A stretch of DNA of 64,000 bases from the human T2T-CHM13v2.0 reference genome, Homo sapiens. A model generated the notes under the pieces. It saw only the letters and a list, made by a program, of their open reading frames with translations, ran no database searches and was not told the origin of the DNA. Shown piece after piece: positions 45,761 through 59,370 of the stretch (position 1 is the stretch's first letter; the number at the start of each line of letters is the position of its first letter). The position numbers and the translations under genes are program-made. Where the stretch lies: assembly GCF_009914755.1 (NCBI RefSeq), contig NC_060929.1. One strand, 5' to 3'.

Positions 45761-47709
45761 GTAGAATAAATGATATGCTAAAAAAGGAAAAAGTGAATTT
45801 CATTTTAAAATGTTTAATAAACTACCAATGGCAAAAAAGATTGGAAAACAAAAATATAAGCAAATAACAAAAGCAATGAATAGAAAAATAACAAATATAA
45901 TAGTATCCTACCATATCCATAATCATGTTAAACACCAATGATCTAAATATATCAACTAAAAAACAATAACTGTAAAAGTAAATCAATAGACAATACCAAC
46001 AAAACCGAACAATGGCAATTTACAAAGGTCACTAATCTCAATTATCCTCTAGCCATTCTGAGAAAAAAAAATGAGATCACACATATACTGATACTAATAT
46101 CAGTAATAAAAAAGGGGGCATCATTAAGATCTCATGGACATCACAAGAGTAATAAAATAATACTTTAAACAACTTTATGCCCATACATTTAATAATTTAG
46201 ATCAAGTGGACCAATTCTTTGAGAGACAATCTGCCGAAACATACATAACAAGAAATAAAAAACCTGAATAGGACTATATCTGTTGTAGCAGTTGAATTCG
46301 TAATTGATAACCACCCAAGAGAGCATGAGGCCATTTCACTGGTGAATTCTAATCAACATTTAAGTAAGAATTAATACCAATTCTCTACCATCTCTTTCAG
46401 AAGATAGAAGCAGAGGCAATACTTCCTAACTCATTCTATAAGGCCAACATAATCCTAATACCCAAACCAGAGAAATACAAGAAATGAAAAATATACACCA
46501 ATATTTCTCATAATCAAGAAGCAAAACCGCTGAAAAATATTAACACATTCAATCCAACAATGTATACATCACAACCAACTGGGATTTATCCCAAGTGTGA
46601 AAGGCAGGTTCAACATTCAATTATCAATCCATGTAATACATCAGATCAACAGGCTAAATAAATTAAAGCAAAGCTCACAATCATATCAATAGTTGCAGAA
46701 AAAGCATGTGACAAAATCTAATACCTATTCATGATAAATTGTTCACAAACTAAGAATAGAGGAGAACTTTTTCAACTGATAAAGAACATTTACAAAAACA
46801 AACAAACAAATAAAAAAGAATACATCACACTTGATGAGAAACTAGAAACTTTCCTGCTAAGATCAGGAACAAAGCAAGGATGTCCCCTCTCACTACTCCT
46901 TTCAACACGATGCTGGATGTCCTAGCTAATGCAATAAGAAAAGTAAAAGAAATAAAATGTATATAAATTGGGAAGAAATAAAACTTTTACCAGTTTCAGA
47001 TAACGTGGTCACCTATGTAGAAAATCTGAAAGAACTCACAAAAAAATCCGAAGTCCTGAAACTAATAAGGGTTATAACAAGTTTTCAGGATACAAGGTTA
47101 ATATATAATTGTCAATGGCTTTCCTTTATGCCAGCCAAAAACAAATTAAATTTGAAATTAAAAACATACTACCATTTACTTTAGCATCCCTAAAAATTAA
47201 ATCTAACAAAATTTGTATAAGATTTGTGTGAGAAAAACTACGAAACTATGACAAATGAAATTAAAAGAAACTAAATACAGGGAGATATATTCCGTGTTTA
47301 TGGAAAGACTCAATATTGTCAAGATGTCAGTTCCCTCCAACATGATCTACAGATTCAATGTAACACCATTTAAAATTCCATCAAGTTAGTTTTTGGATAT
47401 TGAGAGACTGATTCCAAAGTTTATACAGAGAAGCAAAAGACCCTGATAAGGGACTATTATTCAAAATATATAAAGAATTATTAAAACTAAATAGTAAGAA
47501 AACAAAAAACCTGACTTAAAAATGAACGAAAGATCACAACAGACACATCACCAAAGATTTACTAATGAAAAATAAGCATATGAAAAAAGTGCTTCACATT
47601 ATATGTCATCAGGAAAATGTAATTTAAAACAAACCTATGAGAATCTACACTACAAGCCTATGAGAATCTCCAAAATTCAAAACACTGGCAATACTAAATT
47701 TTGGTATAG

Positions 47710-48052
47710 GCCAGCTGATGAGGCTGAGTTTTTGAGGATGCCCTAACTTATATCCCTGGTAACAAACACCAGATGGTCAACAGAGCTAACTTTGCGTAGT
47801 ACCTCCCACCATCCAGCAGGCTAGCATAAAAGCATCAAGAGAGAACTGATACAATGTGAAATGCTTTTCAAGTCTCTTGCATGTGTCACATTTGCTCATG
47901 AATCATTGGTTAAATCTAGTCATCTAACAAAGCCCTGACAGAAAGGGTAAGAAAACAGACCCCACCTATTCAAGAGAGAAGCTGCAAAATCACGTTGCAA
48001 ACGATATTCAGACAGGGATGGCAAAAATTGTGTCTTTTTAAAGATCTATCAC
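47710..48052 (-). mobile_element. Old MLT1 (F/G/H-like) LTR fragment
   Basis: CATTGGTTAAATCTAGTCAT...GAGAAGCTGCAAAATCAC.TTGCAAA...ATCTATCACA terminus. Confidence 0.55.
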
Positions 48053-50017
48053 AATTTCAAATTTGCCTTGCAATTTGGATAGATTTGTGATAGATTGCTT
48101 CCTCAGTAATTTAAATAAATTTACGATAGGCTCTCTTTTTAAAAATTCTGGTAATAACTGCCTATATAAAGACTAATATTTATACACACTTTGTTCTGTT
48201 GGTAGAGCTCATATTTACTTTTATTCTTTTAATGCATTGTTCTTAACAAGACAATGTTAACTAATAGTGATAATAGCAAAAATTAATTACTTTGTTAATA
48301 ATACATATACATATACACACAAATATCATATTTGAAATGACCAAGCCACTTACTGAGAATATTTTCATTTCAAAAAAAAGATTTATTTTTTATTCATATT
48401 TTCATTGTATGAAAAGGTAAAATTAGTGAAAAAAAGAAATATAATTTTACAAACCAAAAAAGACAATCATATGAGAAATACAATCATTTCTTTCTTTTCT
48501 TTCACACTTTACTGTCTTATTTAAATATTTATAATTTTAACAAAGTGCTTGTGTTTGACTTTTCCCAGTTGGCAAATTTCATGTCATCAATAAAAATTAA
48601 TATATTCTATAAATATCTGACTACTTTAATTACATTGGGTAATTCTTAAATTTTGTTTTGATCTCTTAACAATTAGTACAAATATTGTCTTAAGAATTAC
48701 AAACCAAAATTAAAAAGTGTTGATTTTCTTCAAAAATATACATATTTATGTCAGAATTTCTGCCCTTATTTTAGGAAATTTTTATCAAATACTGTGCTCT
48801 TTTCAGCACAATTTGTCTTGTTAAAAATGCATGAGGTAATATATCATACAAATAATTCACAATACACATAAAATATCATAATTGAAATAAATGGAATGGG
48901 ATGTCAGAATGAAAAATTAACAATATAATTGGTTATTCAGTCCATCATTCATCTAATTAGGGATGCTACTTTGATGAAATACGTATAAATATAAATTTTC
49001 ACAAAATGTTGCTATGGTTTAGTTTGATTTATTAGAAAGACATTTTCAAATTATTATTTAGAGAAGATGTTGGAATTGTTTTAACAGCTGAACAATAACT
49101 ATAGTACAATAAACTTACGTCTTAAATATCATTATAGTGAAATAATTATACAGTCCTTGGTTACATGATTTAAGATAGAAGAATTTTATACCTAGAAATC
49201 ATGGGTAGCTACCAGATTAACCCTCAAGTACTCAGTACTGACCCCGCAAACCCAACTCTGCTATGATACCTAGCCTGGGAAATAATCTATATAAAGTCAC
49301 AACAGCAGAGAATCTTAGCAGTCAGCGTCTCATAACAATTTATTTTACTTCCAGTATCCCTGATGCTAGGGGTATCAGACATTGTCCAAGCCATGACTCT
49401 TCAACATAGAAGCATGAAGAGTAAAAAATTCAGAATTAGGTGACATTTGACTCTTGGTTTTGTCCTGTGGACTATTTTTCCATTGAACACTCCGAGTAGT
49501 GTGAAGTCTAAAAACAAGTTTGTTTGTTTTTACTTCAATCAATTAAGAAAAAAATAGACAAAAGCTACTCAAGCAAAGTTATCCTCCATTGCTTGACAAT
49601 AAATGTGGTAGAACAAAGTTTACATTATTTTTCATACTCATAATAATTAATATAAATGAACTTAAACCATGTTATGAAATTATTGCATGTGCCTTAGCAG
49701 GAGGGGAAGGAAGAAACTATCTCTAGTGTCCCTAGGATGGTAACAGATTCAATATTCCAGGGATTAAGTATATGTCTTAGTTGTTATTAGTCTAGCCTAA
49801 ATGATTTTTTCCCTGATTTAATGTTCTTGCCCAGACCAGTAAGAGGTTACACTGTGTTTGTTTCTATTTACCAATTCAAAGGGTTAAACTATGTGTCCTA
49901 GGGGAGGAAGAGTCAGGAACTATGTTGTGGATGGAAAAAAAAGTAAAGGTGGGGGCGGGGGATGAAATATCCAGAAACTATTTGGCAAGATTCAAGCTCA
50001 AACGCAGATCTGTTTTT

Positions 50018-51796
50018 TTTTGTTGTTGTTGTATATAGACAAGTTGTAATTTAGTAATATTGAAATGTACAGCTATATTTAACATGCTGTGATATTGATC
50101 TAAAAAATTAAATACAATTCTTCCTAACTGAGGCTTTGTACTCTTTGACTATCATCTCCCTATTCTCCCCACCTCCTAGCCTTTGATAACCACCTCCTAG
50201 TCTTTGCTTGTATGAGTTCAACTTTTCTTGACTCCACATATGAGGGAGAACATGTGGTATTTTTCTTGCTGTGTTTGTCACATTTCACTTAGCAAAATCT
50301 TCTCCAACTCCATCCATGTTGTTGCAAACGGCAGAATTTCTTCCTTATTTTAAAGTTGATCTATATTCTTTTGGGTATATACCCAGTAATGGGATTTCTG
50401 GGTCAAATGGTATTTCTGTCTTTAGGTCTTTGAGATTTAAGAGTATGACATTTTGTATATATACCACATCTTTAAACATTTATCCTTTGATAGATGCCTG
50501 AGTCCATAATATGGCTATTGTAAATACTGCTGCAATAAACATGGGATTGAAGACATGTCTTCCACATACTGATTTCAAATTTTGGGGGTAAATTCCCAGA
50601 CAGAAGTGGGATTGAGGGATCATAGGTAATTCTATTTTTGATTTTTTCAGGGATCGCCACACTATTTTCCATAATGGTTGTACTAATTTACATTTCCAGC
50701 AACATTGTACAAGGATTCCCTTTGATCCACTTCCCTGTCAACATTCGTCTTCTTTCCTCTTTCTGATGAAAGTCATTCTAATAGGTATGAGGCACTATCT
50801 CACTGTGATTTTAATTTTTCATTTCCCTAATGATTAATGATGTCAATAATTTTTAATATCTGTTAGCCATTAGTTAAAGAAATGGAAGAAGACACAAATA
50901 AATAGAAAGATGTATCTGTTCATAGACTGGAAAAATAAATATTGTTAAAATTTCCATACTACCCAAAGTGAACTACATATTCAGTATAATCCCTATCATA
51001 ATTCCAATATCTTTTTTATAAATTAAGAAAAAAATTCTAAAATTCATATGGAACCATAAAGAATGCAAATAGCCAAAGCAATCATGAGCAAAAAGAACAA
51101 AGCTGAAGGCATTACACTACCATATTTCAAACTATACTACAAAGTGATAGTAGTTGAAACAACATGCTACTACTGGCCTAAAAACTGACACATAAACTAA
51201 TGCGACAAAATAGGGAACTCAGAAATAAACCCAAACATCTACAGTCACACATCTTCAGTCAGCTGATCTCCCACAAAGGTGCCAAGAATATACAAATGGG
51301 AAAAGAATAGTCTTCTCAAGAACTGGTGTTGGGAAAACTGGATATCCATATTCAAAAGAATAAAATTGGACTCTTATCTCACACAACATAATAAAATTAA
51401 CTCAAAATTGATTAAAGACTTAAACATAAGACCTGAAACTTGAGAACTATTTGAAGAAAACCTAAAGAAAAAAGTATCATACATTGGTCTGGACAATTTT
51501 TGTTTAATACTTGACCCCCAAAGCCCAGGCAACAAAAACAAAGATAGATAAGTGGAATTACATCAAAATAAAAAGCTTCTGCTTATCAAAGCGAACAATT
51601 TGTTGAGTGAAAAGACAACTTATGAATTGGGAGAAAATATTTGCAAGCCGTACATCTAATAAGGGGCTAATACCCAACATATATAAGGAGCTCAACTCTA
51701 CAGAAAGAAAACAAATAATCCAATTAAGAAATGGGCAAGACACCTGAACAGATTCCTTCTATTCTTTCTCTATTCTATTCTTTATCTAAAGAAGAC
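50018..51796 (-). mobile_element. L1MA with 5' inversion: 3' part on minus (about 50018-50872), inverted ORF2 part on plus (about 50873-51800)
   Basis: Antisense L1 3' end switches at TGTTAGCCAT to sense ORF2 (GAAATGGAAGAAGACACAAATAAA...). TSD ACGCAGATCTGTTTTT / ACACAGATCTGGTTTT. Confidence 0.9.
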
Positions 51797-52107
51797 ACAC
51801 AGATCTGGTTTTGTATCCAGGCTCTGGGTCAGTAGCGTAATCTCTGAGAAAATAGTCTACAGTTTCTCTAGGTGGCTAGATCATAGGCACTGATATATTA
51901 CCAACTCAAATACTTATTTTTCAAAATAAGACAAGGAAGGAGAAAAAACCATTGGGTTTCATATTTGGAGAAAGGATTCAGAAGTTTTTATGATGTACTG
52001 GAAATAAAAGACCCTCTTTCATACCTCCTTCATATCCCTCAATATGAGGTGGACTTTTCATGTTTTCCTGTGGCCTTGAGAAAGATGTAAGTTTCAATTC
52101 CCAGATG

Positions 52108-52589
<482 letters not shown>

Positions 52590-52590
<1 letters not shown>

Positions 52591-53187
52591 ATTTTTTATT
52601 TTATTATCAATTTTAATTGCCACATAGTAATTGTATATATTTATGAGGTATAGTATGCTATTTTTATGCGTGCATGCAACTTGTAAAGATCAAAATCAAA
52701 GTTATTAGCATACTCATCACCTCAAACATTTGTCATTTCTTTGTGTTGGGAATATTCAAAATCTGCTCTTCTAGCTATTTGAAAATATGCAACAAATTGT
52801 TGTTAATTATATTAATCGCAAAGTGCTATAGAACACTAGAACTTATTCTTCCTATTTAGCTGTAATTTTGTATATGTTAACCAAATTCTGGCTATTCCCT
52901 TCTCGTCCTATCCTTCCCATCTTCTAGTAACCATTATTCTACTCTCTGCTTCTATGACATCAACTTTTTTAGCTTCCTTACATAAGTGAGAACATGAGAT
53001 ATATTTTTCTTCTGTTCCTGGCTCATTTGACTTAACATAATGTCCTTCAAGCTCATCTATGAAGCTACGAATGACAAGATTTCTTTCTTTTTTATAGCTG
53101 AAAAGTGTGCCATTTTGTATGTATACCACATTTTCTTTATTCATTCTTCTGTTAATGGACAATTAGATTGAGTCCATATTTTGGCTT
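52590..53187 (-). mobile_element. L1MA 3' end
   Basis: Antisense 3'UTR: TAATTGTATATATTTATGAGGTA, CATCACCTCAAACATTT, AACCATTATTCTACTCTCTGCTTCTATGA, TATACCACATTTTCTTTAT. Confidence 0.88.
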
Positions 53188-53420
53188 CTGCAGCCTCTAA
53201 CTCCTGGGCTCAAGTAATTCTCCCACTTCAGCCTCCTGAGTAGCTAGGACTACAGGTGCATGCTACTACACACAGCTAATTTTTGTTTTTGTTTTTGTTT
53301 TTGCAGGGATGGCTTCTCAGTGTGTTGCCCAGGCTGGTCTTGAACTCCTGGCCTCAAGCAATGCTCCCACCTTAGCCTCCAAAAATGTTGAGATGACAGG
53401 TGTGAGCCACCACACTCAAT
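53188..53420 (-). mobile_element. AluJ fragment with its 3' end missing
   Basis: CTGCAGCCTC.AACTCCTGGGCTCAAG...TGTTGCCCAGGCTGGTCTTGAACTCCTGGCCTCAAGC. Confidence 0.9.
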
Positions 53421-55189
53421 TGCTTAATGTATTTTAATCATAAAATGAAATCAGTAATTTTCACATCTTTGTTATTTAATATGTGAAAGAAAGGGATTTC
53501 TGCAGATAAGAGTAATTTTTCAAAACAATAATAAATATGAATTAAATTATATCAATCATACAGCTGAAAATAAGTAAAATTAAATGTCAGATTATCTAAA
53601 ATCATCAATATATTCAGTGAATATCAATGATTATAAGTGTTTGTTGATTTTAAAATCTGAGTGTTATGTGTAAAATTTAAGAAAATACATAATAGTGCCT
53701 TAAGTATTATAAATTCTAATAGCATATTTTGGGAAATAAAGTTAAAACTATTAATTGCTGAGTTTACAGTATATAACCTCAGTGGATGATAATGAGAGAT
53801 TAGATTATTGTGGAATATGAGAATATGTATAAAAGTCAGAAAGAAATATTTTTAGCTGATATTCTTAATAGTTAAGGGGTAGGTTTATTATTTTCCATAA
53901 GTGGATTAGTGGAGATTTTTGCAAAAATATAAAAGTAAAGATATCACTACTACTGCAATTATTTTGCATTTCTATAATGTCTTTTTATTGAAACACTTAT
54001 AAATCCTATAAAACAAGTACTGGTACATGTTCTCTATAAAATAAATGAATATGGTTCGTAAGACTGTCAAATTCCTTTATAACCTCACGATACCTTATAG
54101 AGTGGCTGTTACTCTTTCAATAGGAATAGCTATGGTTCATAGGATTTATGGGTAATCTATACTGCTGTGGTATCTTGGGAGTGATAGCTCCTTTAGATAT
54201 TTTATCTTCTGTTATAACCCTTACAAATAACACAGTTTATTTTCATGAGGCTTGAAATAGCCATAGCTAATTTCAAAAGAATTTACTTCCTGTGGTTGTA
54301 ATACTTTATTATAGAAAGTACTGTACAAAGAAGTTACAGTTTGAGTGACAGTTAATTCTCACATATGTATAAAATATATTCCATGTTAATTAACTTACTA
54401 TTTTTTTTCCCTTGGCATAGTGTTATGTACCATGAGGGTAGACTTATAACCATTAAACATTTTAACTTTCTTCCATAGTATTGTGTGTGTATGTGAATTT
54501 GTATGCAATTAAAATAAATCAATACAGTGATGCAGGGTACATTCTGGTCGACATGTGTCTTATTTTAGATGAATTGAAATGACAAGCGTGATAAAACTAT
54601 TTACATTTTATCTCAAAATATTTTATTCCATTTCCTTTTCATAGACATAATACATTTACTAAAATAAAAATATTGACAAAATGTTATTCATATTCTCAGA
54701 AAATGTTAAAACATACATTGGCACTTTTGTGGAGCATCATTTCTGCAAAATGAAGTAAAAGTTGATTTTCACGTTTTTGTCATTAATGAAATCATTTATC
54801 CAGAAAAGTTTGTAAAGAAAAATAATGGGTATATGCAAACCTGCAAAGCAAATTTATTCAATAATACAGGCCTTGGATATGCGGTTGTAAGGCAAGAAAT
54901 CATACTTATTATTGCCCTACTCTGAAAACATTTCAGGTTGAAATTATTTATAGTATTCTAATTGCTACTGCTAGGTTACACTTAACTATCTATAGAAAAA
55001 TCCAAATATTTTACATCACATAATTACTCGGCACAAAAATACCAAAGTTCTTGTCCAAAATACGTATTTCCTTTTATCGCTTGGGGGAATACTATAGGAC
55101 AATTTTTAAGTACAGTTTCCTAAACATGACCAAAAACATGTTTAAGTCCTTATTTTTGCTCACATTACGTGTTTTTTTGTTCTTTTTCC

Positions 55190-56185
55190 CCTAGATTTAT
55201 TGTATAGTTGAGAAATTAAAAATGCATTTATTTACTGTGTGCCATGTGATGGTGTGCACCATTCCCATAGGTTTCTTTTTGTTATTGTGAGAACATTTAA
55301 GATCAATCCTCCTAGCAAATGTCAAGTATACAATATAGTATAACTTACTATAGTCACCATGATGACTTTAAAGTTCTAGAACTTGTTCACTCGTTCATTC
55401 TGTTAAACCGAATATTTGTATCCTTTGACCAGCATCCACCCCATTCTCTCCACCCTCTAATCCCTGGTAACCCCCATTCTACTCTGTTTTCTACGAGTTA
55501 AAATGTTTTAGGTTGCACATATAAGAGAGATGGGCCGGGTGCAGTGGCTCATACCTGTAATTCCAGCACTTTGGGAGGCCGAGGCGGGTAGATCACGAGG
55601 TCAGGAGTTCAAAACCAGCCTGGCCAAGATGGTGAAACCCCGTCTCTACTAAAAATACAAAAATTAGCCAGGTGTGGTGGTGGGCACCTGTAATCCCAGC
55701 TACTCAGGAGGCTGAGACAGAGAATTGCTTGAACACAGGAGGCAGAGGTTGCAGTAAGCTGAGATCGCGCCACTGCACTCCAGCCTGGGTGACAGAGCAA
55801 GACTCCGTCTCAAAAAAAAAAAAAAAAAAGAGATCATATGCCTGACTTACTTTGCTTACCATAATGTTCTATAGATTCATCCATGTTGCAGCAAATGGCA
55901 GGATTTCCTTCTTTTTAAAGACGGAATAAGGTTATGTCTATCTGCAGTATCATATTTTATTTATTAATTCAGCCAGTGATGAACACTTAGGTTGTATCCA
56001 TATATTGGCTATTGTGAATAGCTCTGCAGTGAAAATGGGAGTGCAGATATCTTTTCACGGATAATGATTTCTTCCTTTGGATATATACCCAGAAGTGAGA
56101 GTGCTGGATCATAGAGTAGTTCTATTTTTTAATTTTCTGAGGAACTACCATGATTTTTTTCTGTAATGACTCTACCAATTTATTT
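55190..56185 (-). mobile_element. L1MA 3' end, interrupted by an Alu
   Basis: GTGAGAACATTTAAGATC, CCCTGGTAACC..CATTCTACTCTGTTT, GGATATATACCCAGAAGTG.GA.TGCTGGATCATA. Confidence 0.87.
55533..55829 (+). mobile_element. AluS (Sg-like)
   Basis: GATCACGAGGTCAGGAGTTC..ACCAGCCTGGCCAAGATGG with an A tail. Confidence 0.96.
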
Positions 56186-56869
56186 TATGCTGTATAAAAG
56201 TATAATCTACAGTATCAACTATATATTATTTATAAACAGTACATGTGTTATGACATATATAGTGCATATTTATAATTTTTAAGTTTACATTTACTAAACT
56301 ACTTATGCTGTTTTCATATATTCAATTTCTTTAATTTTTATCTTCCTCTTAGGAATAATGTTTGTGCTTTTCTTTGTTTTATTTCGTTACACACATGACA
56401 TAGATATTTATGTCTTAAATTCCAACCTTTTCACGTTAGTCTTATAAATATTTAAGGCCACTGATTTAAACACATATTATAATTCATGACACATGATGAT
56501 TCAGTCTCATTTTATCTTAGACATTCTGCAGTTTTGCTTTCAAAGAAAATAATCTTTAGTGAAATGCAGAAACTACAGAAAATACATGATAATTTTGTCT
56601 GATAGAAGCTCTAATGTGTTCTCATTGATTTATGGAAACCAAAGCAAAATTTTTAAAAATCTGAAAATATATTCTGTTAAAATTAATGATTTCCAAGAAT
56701 GAGATAAAAATTAAAGCACAAAAAGTAAATGAATAATATACACTTGAATCAAATGTTGTCCAACATAGAAATTAATAGAATTGCAAACATATTTTCAATG
56801 TTGATTAGAGCTGGGGGTGATCTGCTCAAAGAGATCAGAATAGTTTCTATCTGATTCCCTCTTAATATA

Positions 56870-57260
56870 CGTAAAGATTTTCCATTGTTTTTAGAAAAAA
56901 AATTAAATCTCCTCACAATGCCCTACCAAACTCTGAATACTCTGCTCTCACTTACTTTTCTAAATGCATCAAAGATCACTCACTCACTTTTTTACCCACT
57001 AATTTCTAGACACACTAACTTCCAAGCACATTAGTACTTTCAAGATTTAGATTATCAGTACATTGTTCCATCTACTTAAAATTCATTACTCCTATATCTG
57101 CAAATGTTTTCTGCCACTATATCCCTCAAGGCTTAGATTAAGTCTTAACTGAGTTTCTTTTTATCTGACATGAACTTTTTTATCTCCATTTCAGGATCTT
57201 TTTGTCCAATCCAGAGTACATTGCTGAATGAGTATTTATATATTTGTTTATTTTTTCCAT
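56870..57260 (+). mobile_element. L2 relic
   Basis: TTCCATTG..TTTAGAA.AAAA.TAAATCTCCTCACAATGCCCTAC.AA.CTCTG motif. Confidence 0.5.
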
Positions 57261-59142
57261 ATTTTCAACCCATTTGCCTGTGTATTATTTGAACCAAGAG
57301 GGCTAAATTGGATTAAAAGAATTGAAGAGGTAGAAGAGACAAAAAAAGGAGGTGAGTAAATTAGCTGCCGTCTAAATTAAAAAATAATAACAGCGTGGGT
57401 TAAGAGAGAGACCATGACAATATAAAATGCAATCAAATATAATTCAGAGGTAGAATCTATGGATATACCACCATATTAGATTTGGAGATCAAAGGAATAA
57501 AATAATTCATTTTTATAGCTTATTTTGAATAAAAATCAAGGATATGATGTTGTCGATACTTTCAAAAATATGTGTAAGCCACGAAAAAGTCAATTTTGTA
57601 TAATATAAACTCAAAGGAAAATTCAATGCATTTGTGTTTGTGGGTTTGTATTGGGGGTTGTCCATGATAAAACACAATGCAGTGAATAAAGTAAAAGATC
57701 AAAGTATACACCTAACTTGGGTTGTTGAATATATATTACCAATTGTTTCATTATATTTTATTTTAGTTATATAGACTTTACCAGTAGTGTTAAGAAGAGA
57801 GTATCTATCTCTAGAAAACCTTATTATTAATTCGTAAAAAGTATAATTTTCATAGGTAAAAATTGATACTTCATTTGGCAAATTTGTATTTTATAACAAA
57901 TAAAAACAAATAATGTATATTCTATCTGCTGTAAAATTTTTAAATGAACTATTTCTTTAAATCTGTTGACTATATCCCAATTTAAAAGGCTTAGCAATAG
58001 TGAGCCTATTGGGTCTATTATAAACATTTTACTCAGTTTAATTTTACTTAATTTCTTCTAGATGGTTTGATAGTATATAAAAATTGAAGAATATATTTTG
58101 TTATATATCATTTTCCAATATCAAGTAATATCTTTTAAATACATTTAAAAACAAAAACTTTCTCTTAAAAGTTAAATAATTTTATCGTATGCCTCCTAGT
58201 AGATGTTTTTATGTACTTTTTAATTCTCATATATATGATAAACATTTTATATTTTTAAATTTGTTTTACTTTATACTGGGTTATATTACATTGCTGCTCC
58301 CATGCGAAGGCAACTATTTTTGGTAATTATGTTGTACTTTGAGATTTTCATGAAAAATATTTTAATTCAGATATTATTTAATTTAATGTGAGAAATTATT
58401 TATATGTATCTGATTTAGTTTCCAATACTTCCATACATTTTTTTCTCAATGATGTAGACCAAATGTCCAATATCCTGGTGTATAATAGTGGAAATAGCAT
58501 CCAATCTTGTCCATGGAAATTCTTCTCTTTTGTTATTGAGATATTGCCTGACTACTTAGAATTCATCACCATGTTTACCTAGTTTCTTGTTTTTCTGTCT
58601 AGATTAAATATGGCAGTCAACTGAAGGAATAAAATACATTTTATAATTAAGAATGAGCAAAATGCTTAAAATAAAATAAAAGAATTTAAAGTAAATTTAA
58701 GTGGCAAGTGCAAGGCTAAAGGACGTCTATGTAAAAATAATTTAAGTTTTAAGTAAGGTAATATCAACTCTAATCAAAGAAGGAAAGAGTTTTTTTCTTG
58801 TTGACTGTACTGAAAATGGTCAAGGTTCCATACTGCATGTGATATATAATCAAAACTATATCAAAATTTCTGTGATTCTCCTGGGACTTCATCAGTCTTT
58901 GTGCTGGCTTCATCCTCTGAATGACTGAAGCAGTATTACACATCATATATATACACCAATCTTTGAAGTGTAAGAAAGATAATTTGTACCCTAGAATTAC
59001 CAGATAATGTTCGGATTTCCACACTGATTTTTACTTTTGTGTCAGGTCTTGCAGACTAGATAATAATACATCACATCCCATTGAGTAGTTTAGGAAGATG
59101 CATACTGAATGAGATCGTTAGGACTGTCTTGAATAGTTTAAT

Positions 59143-59370
59143 CCAGTGACTTCCAATGTTGCCTGCATATTAGACTCGTGTATGGACATTAAAAAATATA
59201 CTGATCTTAGTTATGTCCTCCTAGACCTAATCAATTAATCAATGAAAGTGTATTATTACTTGGTTAGGTATTGTTGTTAACAATATTAAAAATATGAATA
59301 TTAAAAACAATAAGCAAGACAACTTTCTGATTTATTCTAATATACACCCTGGATAAATAACCACAGGTTT
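59143..59370. mobile_element. MER5-type hAT-Charlie relic
   Basis: CAGTGACTTCCAATGTTGCCTGCATATTAGA at the left end and TTCTAATATACACC...TAAATAACCACAG at the right end. Confidence 0.5.

Larger units (their letters stand above)
43277..47705 (+). mobile_element. Old L1 (L1MC/L1MD-type): 5'UTR, ORF1 and internally deleted ORF2, decayed
   Basis: ORF1 C-terminal motif CAACCCAGAATTCTG..TCC..TGAAATTATC.TTCAAAAGTGAAGGAGAAATAAAGAC. RT-domain motifs GCAGAAAAAGCAT.TGACAAAAT and TCAGGAACAAAGCAAGGATGTCCCCTCTCAC. Confidence 0.88.
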
